A stretch of DNA of 64,000 nt from Eledone cirrhosa (lineage: Eukaryota), in contig OZ024741.1 in NCBI GenBank assembly GCA_964016885.1, forward strand, positions 101,494,001 through 101,558,000, read 5' to 3'. The position numbers and the translations under genes are program-made. The notes below the pieces were generated by a model. That model searched no databases. It saw nothing but the letters and a program-made list of their open reading frames with translations, and was not told the origin of the DNA. Of the stretch, positions 36,165 to 47,641 are shown one piece after another. Within the stretch, counting starts at the first letter, position 1, and the number at the start of each line of letters is the position of its first letter.

Positions 36165-38522
36165 GCTTGTGAAAGCTGTACAAGCCATTTATAGGGGAGT
36201 AGTCAGCAAAGTTAGGGTTAGCAATGGCTATAGCGAGGAATTTAGCATACAGGTCGGTGTCCATCAGGACTGTTCTTAGCCCTCTCCTGTTCATTATAGT
36301 ATTGCAGGCAATAACAGAGGAGTTTATGACCGGATGCCCATGGGAACTCCTATATGTGGATGATCTCACACTTATAGCTGAATCTATGATGGAACTAGAG
36401 AAGAAATTCCAAACATGGAAGCAGGGTCTAGAAAGAAAGGGTTTCAAAGTCAACTTGACAAAGACCAAGGTCCTCTTAAGTAGAAAACAGAAGCCAGATC
36501 CCCTCAGGGAAATGGCCTTGCTCAGTATGTAGGAACTTCATCCTCTGCCCCAAATGCAAACAATGGGTACACAAGAGATGTAGTGGGATCTCAGGAAGCT
36601 TAGCTAAGAATGTAGGCTTTACATGTAGCAGCTGCGCCGGGGCAGCAAACAGCCACAAGAAACAAGCACCACCAAACTCTGGGAGGGCTCTGTAGAAACA
36701 GTAGACAGCTTTTGCTACCTAGGTGACTGAATTAACAGTGGAGGTGGGTGTTTGGAAAGTACAGTAACCAGCGTAAGAACGAGGTGGAAGGAGTTCAGGG
36801 AGCTACTGCGACTGCTAGCTTTTCCCTCAAAATGAAGCAGACTGTATGATGCATTCATACGAACAGCAATGCTAGATGGATGTGTAATAGTAATATATGC
36901 AAATGGCAAAGCATAAACGAATTGAGAGAGAGACTGAGCATAAGAGGAATCAAATGCTGTGTGTAGGAGAGGAAGTTGCATTGGTATGGACATGTGATGC
37001 GTATAAAGGATGACAGCTGCATAAAAAGGTGCAGAGCACTAGAAGTTGATGGCAGCCGTGGAGTGGGGAGACCCAAGAAGACCTGGGATGAGGTGATAAA
37101 AGCCGACCTTACCCAATTGCACCTCTCAAAGGCGATGACACATGATTGTGACCTCTGGCGTCGCGTAGTAATACAGAAGACCCGACTTCCCACGGGTACA
37201 AGCCGAAGCCAAAGCATATAAACAATATGACCCCATTGCAAAGTGGACGTGCAGGCATCACGGAAAAAAGACACCCAGCACTCACTGTAAATGAAGTTGG
37301 TGTTAGGAAGGGCATCCAGCTGTAGAAACCAAGCCAGAATCAGTTCCGATATCATCATCACCGTTTTACGTCTGTTCTTCCATGCTAGCATGGGTTAGAT
37401 GGGTTGTCCTGTTATGGGCAGTGTCTGGTCGGCTGACCATGCCTTGCTCATACAGGAACTGATTTTGGCTTGATTTCTACAGCTGGATGCCCTTCCTAAC
37501 ACCGACCTCATTTACAGTGAGTGCTGGGTGCTTTTTCCGTGGCGCCTACACGTCCACTTTACAGTGTGGGCTGGGTGCTTTTTTTGCCGTGGCACCTCCA
37601 CGACCACCTTGCAGTGGGAGGGTGTGGGGGCATATTGTCTATATGCTTCAGCTTGTACCCATGGGAGGTCGGGTACTCTGTATTACTGCGTGATGCCAGA
37701 GGTCACGGTCGTGTGTCATCGCCTTTGAGAGGTGTAATTGGGTATGGTCGGCTTTTATCACCTCATCCCAGGTCTTCTTCAGTCTCCCCCACTCCGCGGT
37801 TTCCATTGACTTCTAGTGCTCTGCACCTTTTTATGCAGCTGTCATCCTTCATACGCATCACATGTCCATACCAACGCAACCGCCTCTCCTGCATACAGCA
37901 TTTGATTCCTCTTATGCTTAGTCTCTCTCTCAATTCATTTATGCTTTGTCGTTCGCGTATATTACTATTACACATCCATCGGAGCATGCAGGCTTCGTTT
38001 CTTTCTAATCTACGTAAGTCTTCCACCTTCAGCGCCCAGGTCTCACTACCATGTAACATTGCTGTTCGGATACACACATCATACAGTCTGCCTTTCATTT
38101 TGAGGGAGAAGCCTTTTGCAGCTAGCAGTGGCAGTAGTTCCCTGAACTTCTTCCATCCCGTTCTTACCCTAGTTATTGTACTTTCTGAACACCCACCTCC
38201 GCTGCTAATTTGGTCACCTAGGTAACAGAAGCTGTCTACTGTTTCTACAGAGCCATCCCAGAGATTGGTGGTACTTGTTTCCTGTGGCTGTTTGCTGCTT
38301 GCTGTCCCAGCACAGCTGCTGCATGTGAAGCCTACATTCTTAATTAAGCTTCCTGAGATCCCGCTACATCTCTTGTGTACCCATTGTTTGCATTTGGGCA
38401 GAGAATGGTGTTCCTACCGATATGAGCAAGACAAGGTCAGCCGACCGGACACTGCCCACAACAGGTTAACTCATCTAACCCATGCTAGCGTGGAAGAACG
38501 GACGTAAAACGGTGATGATGAT
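36165..38522 (+). mobile_element. RTE LINE 3' fragment, interrupted in its 3' UTR by an opposite-strand RTE
   Basis: ORFs 36224-36532 and 36976-37221; 3' UTR resumes at 38424 and ends in (GAT)n. Confidence 0.88.
37353..38416 (-). mobile_element. 5'-truncated RTE LINE nested in another RTE; TSD CCGATAT
   Basis: ORF 37763-38098 nearly identical to 15061-15396; CCGATAT at 37346-37352 and 38417-38423. Confidence 0.9.
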
Positions 38523-39434
38523 GGAGATTGAGATTAAGTTACCATCATCACCACCATTTAATATCTGTTTTCCATGCTTGCATGCATTAGATGGGTTGTT
38601 GGGTGCTGAGGGCAAACTGGTCAGGTGACCACGTTATGCTCATGTGCTGTTTTTGTTTGGGTTCTATGGCTGGATGTCCTTCCTATACCATCCACTTTAT
38701 ATCATGTATTGGAAGCATTTTGTGATTCCAGCACTACCACCTTACAGAATAGACAGGATGCTTTTCATTTAGGCACCAGCAGTACCACTTTACAGGATGG
38801 GCTTGGTGAATTTTATTGTGGCACCAGCACCGCCTCATTACAACAGTAGAGACATTGATGGTTAGGGGTGCATGCTATATAGTACTTGCTGAGTCATAAG
38901 GAGTGGCCTTGAAATAAGAGGATGGTATCTGACATATTGTGGGATGTGCCTGGCTTTCCTTGGCCTAAATGTGGCAATTTGCATGAGTGAGGGAGGGGGA
39001 GGCAACTCACCATGAGTAAAGCAGTGCTGTGTCATGGAGGTGACCTTGGAGCAAGTGGGTAGTGTCTGACATTGTAGTGTGTGTCTGAGTTCGTCAGAAA
39101 GTATATCAGGTGTCCCACTGATAACATCAACTAGCATGACACTTTACTACTATGGACAGTGAAGTACATTGGTAACATAAACTAACACAGTAGTCTACTA
39201 CTTTAATAATAATTATACTTTTACCAGTTATTTTATTGGTCGGCTCTGCGTAGATGAAATATATCCTCATACACAGTATGAATGATATATATTTTTAACA
39301 TTGTAACAAATTAATTAAATTAACCCAGTACTTATGACCAGTAAAGTTGGAACTCTGAATGTAAACATATTTCTGATGCTCTATTCTGACAAAGCATAAA
39401 AACATTCATTCTAAGTATACATATTGCCATTTAC

Positions 39435-39581
39435 CTGTATAAATAATAAAAAAATGACAGCAAATAGAAAGCCATTTTCGCCCATCCTTCTTTCATGGCA
39501 CGGGATAGTTCATCTGCATTCATGATTGTTGTTGGATCATATAAACCATGACCGCTCATGTATGATGGACGGGCCTGATAT
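39435..39581 (-). CDS. cni: Cornichon homolog exon 4 (RYQARPSYMSGHGLYDPTTIMNADELSRAMKEGWAKMAFYLLSFFYYLY)
   Basis: Hallmark GLYDPTTIMNAD / KEGW / AFYLL.FFYYLY; AG/GT sites, 147 nt. Confidence 0.97.
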
Positions 39582-40593
39582 CTAAGGATAAATAAATGAA
39601 TCATAAGATTACTTAAGGCTGGAATAGATTTAAGTAAGTGTCTGTTTAACTTAACATTTGAATTAACAGACCTCTTTTTAGATATTTTCTGCTGAATCAT
39701 TACAGAATCATCACCACTTATATGTTGTGCAAAAATGAAAAACAACATAAGTGCAGATGATTCTGTAATGATTTAGCTGAAAAATAAACTAAAAACAGGT
39801 TTGTTAATTTAAATGTTTATAGCATTTTTACTAGTAGACAGATGGATCATTATGAAAATTTTCAGTATTAGATTAAAGATGCAATCATAGCTGTTTTTAC
39901 TTTTCAAGAATTGCTTGCTAATGTGAAGAATTAAGTAAGTCTAAACATTTCTTCCACCAATTAATCTGAGAAACCTGTCTTCTAAGAATTCAAATTTACC
40001 TATTGTGCTCTCATTAAAATAAGACCATGAGCAGTTTTCATCTACCTCACCTCCCAAATTGATGATAAGCTTTCTCTGAGAGATGCAGTTCTATAAACTG
40101 AAATAATCTGAGAAAGGCAGTGAATTGGCAGAGTCATTAAAGATCAAATGCTTCAGATTAAATATCTTGCGGTATATGTTCCAGTTCTCTACGCTCTGAG
40201 TTCAAATTATGCTGAGGTCACCTTTGCTTTTGAGTACCAGCACCATGATGAAATTATTAAAGCATCAGATTTGATGGCTTGTGGTGTTTCTTTTGACCAC
40301 CTGTGTTCTGAGTTTGTCTGCAACATAACTGGTGCCAAATTGTGTTGGTGCTGTCTTTCTCTTGGATAACATCAGTAGCATGGGAAAGGGAGATTTGGAT
40401 ACATGAATGATTGCTAATCTTCCACTCAAAAAACTTGCCTAGGTTTGCACAGTGGAGAGAACTTTCCAGGAGCAGATCCATAGTCACACACATTCTATTT
40501 GTATCATTGTTCAATTAGGATGGGTTGAGCTGGCTATAATCAATTCATTCACAGCATTATGAATAGAAGCCAGCCATGTATGTGATCACAGAC

Positions 40594-40690
40594 ATCTGAC
40601 ACAGATATTGTCAGTCAATCATGGTTCATATGTGCAAGGATATCTGACACAGATATTGTCAGTCAATCATGGTTCATATGTGCAAGGATA
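40594..40690. repeat. 48-bp perfect tandem duplication inside a decayed LINE-like fragment
   Basis: ATCTGACACAGATATTGTCAGTCAATCATGGTTCATATGTGCAAGGAT x2. Confidence 0.9.
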
Positions 40691-41886
40691 GTAGCTCAAG
40701 ACCCAACTCAATTGTGCCAATCCATGTTTTCAGCTGTCCACCTCACTATTTATGCCACCCAGGAGGAGCTCTGTCACAACTGCATTGCAGATGAATTCCT
40801 CTATTTGGCAGAGAGCATAACCAAACCAACAAAGGCACTTTTTGAATGGAAGTTGTTTAAGGGAATAAAATAAAAAATTATATTTCATTTCCCCAGTTTA
40901 GATCAGGAGGGAAGGGCATTTCCCATGACCCTTTTCAGGGCCTCAAAGACTGATAAGTGGGAAGGTAACCTCAAACCAGAGACCTGGACCAAATGCCTAC
41001 AACAGAGTGGACTCCACTAAAAGTATTCAAGGGCCAGGTGGTGGTGTTAAACAGTAAGAGATTTAGTCTACTACTCAAGTTGCATTAGATTTTAAAGTAA
41101 AGTGCCAGAACAAATACCACAAGGCAACCCACTCTGTAAAAAGGTAGTGTTGTTACCACAATAAAATGCACCCAACCTACTCTGTAATGTGGTAGTGCTG
41201 GTTCCACAATAAAATGCACCCAGTACATGTCAAAGTGTTTGGCATTGGGAAGGGCATCCAGTCATAGAAAACTTGCCAGAATAGAATATATGAGCAGGCA
41301 CAGTAATCTGACATGTCTAACACCAGAACATAATAACAGTGATGACAATGATGATCTCATCCAGTGCTCTAACAATTATGCCAATCCACCACCCTGAACT
41401 GGTACTTTATCAACCCTGAATGGATAAAAAGCAAAGTTGTCTTTGGCACGATTTGGTTACAATGAAAAAATAAAACCTGATATGGTTACCAACACTATAG
41501 AAAGGTAAATATATTGAAACAAAATTATCAGGAAATCCCATTGCTGGTGCCATGATAAAATGTACTCAGTACACTCTGTAAAGTGGTAGTACTGATGCCA
41601 TAAAATGTGCCCAGAGGACTCTGTAAGAGGTAGTGTTGGTGCTATGATAAAATACATCCAAAACACTTAGTAAAGTGGTTGTCATTAAGAAGGAAATCCA
41701 GACAGAAACCATGCCAAAATGAAATGTATGAGCAAGATATGATTCAAAACCCATCTAGTCTCAGATGGAAGCAACCCATCCAACATATGTCAACAGAAAA
41801 CAGATGTAAAATGATGATGATGACAATACAGTTAATAGATTTTCGAGCATTTATTTATTTTTATATTAGAATAAATTTGAATTTAC

Positions 41887-41999
41887 CTGTGCACATGATA
41901 TGCAATGAGTGGTACATTTAGAATCAAAGACAACCATTCTCCAGCAAATAAAAACAACAGGTTAAATATTATATGCAAAAGGTATTCAGGAAGAACCAA
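41887..41999 (-). CDS. cni: Cornichon homolog exon 3 (LVLPEYLLHIIFNLLFLFAGEWLSLILNVPLIAYHVH)
   Basis: 113 nt, TTACAG acceptor, CAG|GTAAAT donor. Confidence 0.97.
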
Positions 42000-42847
42000 C
42001 TGTAAGAGTTAAAAAGAAAGAAAAAAGAACGATCATAGTAATATATGTAACATGGTTTGTTGATATATTAGGCACTTCTCACATGTAATATGTTTTGTAC
42101 ATTAAAAAAAACAAAAACATTTCAAACTTGCCTTTATTTGGTAGTGTGGCCTAGTGGTAAGGGTGTTGGACATACAATGATAATATGATTTCTTGACTGT
42201 GTTGTGTTCTTGAGCAAAACACTTCATTTCACATCAGCTGAAAATGAGTACCAGCAATAGCTGGGGATTTAACCATGTGATGGACTGGCATCCTGTTCAA
42301 GGGGGAAGTCTTGTACTCTCAGTCGCTTCACGCCAAAGAATAAGCACTGGCCTAATTAGCCTCTGGGCTCAAGACGTTACTTGATAACATGAAAGCATGT
42401 GACTTGATGGTTAGTCTGTTTGGCTCATGGTCCTGAATTTGATTCAGAGAGGCACATTGTGTCCTTGAACATGACACTATTTCACATTGCTCCAGTTTAT
42501 TCAACTAGCAAAAAGAAGTATCTTTAATTCAAAGAGCTAGCCTTGTTACACACTGTATCATGTATCTTTAATTCAAAGGGCCAGTCTTGTCACACACTGA
42601 GTTATGTTGAATCTTCCTGGGAACTACGTTAAGTGTACATGTAATTGTGGATTATTCAGCCACTTGCATGTTAATGTCAAGAGTAAGCTGCCCCTTTGAT
42701 TGAATGAGAACACTTGTCATTAGAACCAATGGAGGTCCAACATACACCCTCCCAATAAAACTAATATGCTTCCAGTACACTTTGTGAATTGGCAGTGATG
42801 GTAAAATGCACCCAGTACACTCTGTAAAGATATATCTTTATATATAT

Positions 42848-45800
42848 CATCATCATCATCTTCGTTTAACGTCCATTTTCCACGCTAGCATGGGTTAGAC
42901 GGGAGTTGTCCGCTTGAAGCAAGGCTGGTCGGGTGACCGTGTCTCGCTCATATAGGACTATCTGGCAGGTTTTCTACGGCTGGATGCCCTTCCTAACACC
43001 AACCAAATTTACAGTGTAGAACTGGGAGCTTTTTACCGTGTTACCTACATGGCCACATTACAGCGTGGACTGTGTGTGTGTTTTTTGTCGTGACACCTAC
43101 ACGATCTCGATCTCATTTTCTCGTGATGTTGGTGGGAGTGGGAGGATAGGGTAGGGGTAGTGGATTAGGGTGTATATTTGGTTAAGAGGTGCCTACTGAC
43201 TGTAGGTTTCGCTTTGTACAAAGGCAAGGCGGGTCTTCTGTATTACTGCGTAGCGCCAAAGATCTCGGTCCAGAGACATTGTCTTAGAGAGATGTAAGTG
43301 TGTGAGGTCGGAATTTATCAGATCATCCCAGGTTTTTCTGACCTACTCCGTAACTACCATCAATTTTGATCGCTCTGCACTTTTTTATGCAACTGTCGTC
43401 TTTCATGCGCATCACGTGACCATACCAACGTAGTCTTCTCTCAAGTAAACAGCATCTGATCCCTCTTATTCCTAATTTCTCACTTAGTTCATTTAAGCTT
43501 TGCCGTTCACATATATTACTATTACACATCCAACGGAGCATGCACGATTCGTTCCTTTCCAGTCGCAGGTCCTCTGCACGTAATGCCCATGACTCACTGC
43601 CATGTAGCATTGCTGTTCGTATACAGACATCATACAATCTGCCTTTCATTTTTAGAGAGAAACCTTTTGTGGCCAACAGTGGTATAAGCTCTCTGAACTT
43701 TTTCCATCCCATTCTGACTCTGGATACTGTACTTTCAGAACACCCTCCACCACTGCTGATTTTGTCACCCAAGTAACGGAAAGTGTCTACTATTTCTATA
43801 GAACCATCTGGGCAATAGAAGGAGTTAGTATCCTTTCGACACTTGCTACTTATTGCACCTGAGCATCAGCCACATATAAAGTCTACGTTCTTAGATAGTT
43901 TACCTGTGATCCCACTACATCTTTTATGTACCCTTACTTTGGATTTGGGACATAAAATGGAATTTCTGCCTACTTCTTTCCTACATACTGAGCATGGCCA
44001 TTTCCCTGAGGGCACCTGTGCCCTATTTTCCTTCCTACAAACTAGAACTTTAGTCTTAGACAAGTTAACTTTAAGGCTTTTTGATTCTAGGCCATGCTTC
44101 CATGTTTTAAATTTCTTCTCTAGTTCAGCCATTGATTCAGCTATGAGTGTTAGATCATCTGCGTATAGGAGTTCCCATGGGCAACCGGCCTTGAACTCCT
44201 CTGTTATAGCCTGAAGGGCAATAATAAATAAGAGGGGCTAAGGACAGAGCCTTGATGAACGTCAACTTTTACACTAAATTCTTCACAATATTCATTGTTA
44301 ATTCTAACCTTACTGACTGTTTCATTATACATAGCTTGTATAGCTCTCACAAGCCATTCATCTACACCTAGTTTTCTAAGAGCCCACCAGATAATGGAGC
44401 GGGGGACTCTGGCAAAAGCTTTCTCCAGGTCTACAAAAGCTAAGTAGAGGGGTTTACTTTTAGCTAGGTACTTCTCTTGTAGTTGTCGTACAAGGAAAAG
44501 AGCGTCTGTGGTACTTTTACCTGACACAAACCCAAACTGCATTTCATCTAGATCAATTCGCTCTCTGATTAGCTGCGCTATAACTCTTTCTGTGACCTTC
44601 ATGACCTGGTCAACTAACTTAATGCCTGTATAGTTTCCCCTATCTAGAGCATCCCCTTTACCCTTGTTGCAGTTAATGATGATGCTGCTATGCCAGTCTT
44701 TCGGTATGACCCCATTCTGTATAACTATATGGATGACCAGTGTGTCCTACCATACCAGATGCCTTCAACATCTCAGCAACTATCTCCGAAGGCCCAGCTA
44801 CCTTGCCTGTCTTCATATCTATTCTTTATACTACCTTTAACTTGCACCGCTGGTCCTTCTATTGGATCGATTTGGGGCAGACTATCTTTTTCCCATTTAT
44901 TCTCCTCATTTAATAGTCTTTCGTAGTGACACTTCCAGGCTTTCTTCTTATCAGTATCAGTGAGCGCAAGTACACCATTATCATTACGGACACACTTCTC
45001 CCCAACAATATCCCGGTTTTCCTTGACACATTGTCTAGCAATCCTGAACACCTCACGTTTTTGGTCCTCACGCTGTAGAACATGCTTGAACTTTCTATCC
45101 TCTGCTACTCTTTTTGCAAGGTACACTTGTCTCCTAGCTTCTCTCCTGGCCACTTGATAGTGCGCTCTACTTCCTCCATCCTGCCATATTCCAAGCCTTG
45201 ATTGTCTCTTCCACCTTACTGTTCCACCACCAAGTTACTCTCCTCCTGCCAATAGGTCTGCTCCAGCCACAGATTTCATCCGTTGCTTCCAGCAGGTTCA
45301 CTTTCAAGAATTGCCACTGTTCCTCTAGATTGCACGTCTCTAATTGCTCTTCCTTATTGTCAAAGGCATCAAGTAATAAGCTTTTAAATTTGTCACTGGC
45401 TATGGGGTCCTTCAACTTCCATATTCTTCTCCTCAAGGTAGGCCTCCTCTGTCGTCGAGTACGTCTATTCCTGACTATGAGGTCACTAACTACTAGGCTA
45501 TGTTGGGAGGTGCATTCTTTACGGGGGAGGGATTTAGTGTTTACAACAGACATTTTGTCCCGTCTTCTAGTAAGGATATAATCTATCTGGCTGGCATGTT
45601 CCCCTGATCTATAGGTGATCAAGTGGTTTTCACGTTTTTTGAAGTTTGTGTTACAGATAGTTAGGCTATTTGCGTCACAGAATTCCAGGATTCTGAAGCC
45701 CTCCTCATTTCTATTTCCAACCCCATAGCCTCCATGGATTCCATCATAGCCATCACTATGTTGTCCAACGTGACCGTTTAGATCGCCAGCAATAATTAAG

Positions 45801-46975
45801 TAGTCACTATCGGTTATTTGGGAGGTAGTGTGCATTAGCATCTCATCGAACCTGTCCTTTATAACATCAGGTAGACCAGATTGGGGTGCATAAGCAAATA
45901 TTATTGTCACAGTAGTTCTATTTAGAACTAGTCTTAATTCAATTATTCTGTCATTCACTCTATTTATGTCAATTACCTTATCTACCCATTTTTCAGCTAA
46001 CATAATTCCTACACCACTCTGTCCGTTGTCATTTCCCACCCAGAAAAATTTATAGCATCGTTTTTTACCCACGATGAATCTGGCAGACCCCCCCTCTCCA
46101 CCTAGTCTCTTGAATACAACAAACATCAACTTCTTTACGCTCAACCATCTCTACAACCTTGAGCGACCTTTCAATGTGCCTACGTTCATGGTACCAACTC
46201 TGAAGTTGGGAGGGTGGGATGGATGGGTTGGAGGGGCAGAGAGGGGTGTGGGAGACGGGATTTTGTTGGTCATCTGTGTCTGAAATAAAGAGGGGTCCTT
46301 GTATTCTCGTCTTGCAGTGGGAGGTGAATTTATCTTTATCTGTGACATTGTCATTGAGTGCTTAGACTTTTCAAATTTCCGCTGTCAACCAATCAAACAG
46401 GTCTAAACTTAAGGAGTAGTAACTGGGGTGGTAGCTTTGCTATCCTGATTTGCTAGAGAACTTACTAAAGTCGCTGAGTTATGATTGAACCATATAGCAA
46501 TGGTGGTGTGTGGGGGTGGGTGGGCGGGAAATGGGTGACTTTAGGAGTAGTTTAGTCTTTAGGAAGGGTCCAACAGATTGAGACATATTAAAAACATGAA
46601 AATAGTAATTTAAAATCAGAGAGGTAAACGGAGAATTTGAATTTTAGAGTGGTATAAATAAGGTTTTAAAACACTGCTTAATTGAGGAGACTACGGAAAT
46701 AAAGAAAAGACAGGTTTTGCTTACATTCTCAAAATCGACAGATCGTCCTTAAGATAGATTAGATAGATAAATTCTGTCGTTGGAAGCCAGCAAGATTTAT
46801 TTTGCGATCAGGCGGAGGGGGGGGGGGATGAGAGAAGGAGCAAGTGTTTACAAAGTTTGCGAGCGAGATGCAGGAAGGTTCTAGAATAATTATTTAATAG
46901 CAATACTAGAAGAAGTTTAGTTTTTAGGAAAGGTCCGTCCAACAGATTGAGACATATTAAAAAAACATGAAAAAT
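42848..46975 (-). mobile_element. Near full-length RTE LINE (second subfamily), frameshifted
   Basis: VGTMNV, GDLNGHVG, IDYIL, FVDLEKAF, YADD, GKWPCSVC, RLRWYGHV in ORFs 43323-46354; (GAT)n tail at 42848. Confidence 0.94.
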
Positions 46976-47572
46976 ATATATATAATTTTACATTCAATTT
47001 CCGTGCTGACATGGGTAGGATGTTGTTGTTACAGTCTGAGGCCTGATGGGCTGGAGTGAACAATCCTGTTAATATGTTCCATATTTAACATGATTTCTAC
47101 ACCTGGATGCCCTTCCTTATGCCAAACACCTTACAGAGTGTACTGGATGCATTTTCCTTTACTTGTTTTAATCTTCAGACTGTGTCTATGCATTAGCACC
47201 ACTTTGAAGAGATTTAGTCAATCATATTGACCCAAGTACTGAATTCATTTTTTTTTTCCAATCCTGGCAGAAGTTTTGCTGCTTTTCCAGTGACAGTAGC
47301 CAGGTTTTAACTCAAAACACAAAAAAATAGCTTGTTTGAGGCTCTAACAATTCCATCAATCCACTGATCCTGGATTGGTACTTATTTATCAACCTTGAAA
47401 ATATGAAAGGCAAACTTGTCCATAATGAGATCTAAACTGCAAATGTAAAAAACCGGGATAAATATGGCAAAGTGTTATTTAATCTCATGCCATAACAACT
47501 CTGCCAATCCGCTACTTTTCCTTATGAAGCATACTGCATTAGAAAACTATGAAAAATTCATAAGATACGTAC

Positions 47573-47641
47573 CGGATTCAAGCTATTACATTGGTCTATA
47601 GGATTTTTATACTCCGTCTTCAGTTCATCAAATGCTATGAT
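47573..47641 (-). CDS. cni: Cornichon homolog exon 2 (IIAFDELKTEYKNPIDQCNSLNP)
   Basis: 69 nt, TATAG acceptor, CCG|GTACGT donor. Confidence 0.97.

Noticed and set aside
41120-41720. Regularly spaced ~45-bp repeats resembling a CRISPR array
   Set aside because: Units are degenerate tandem copies of an RTE 3' UTR module with no unique spacers; eukaryotic context, no cas genes.
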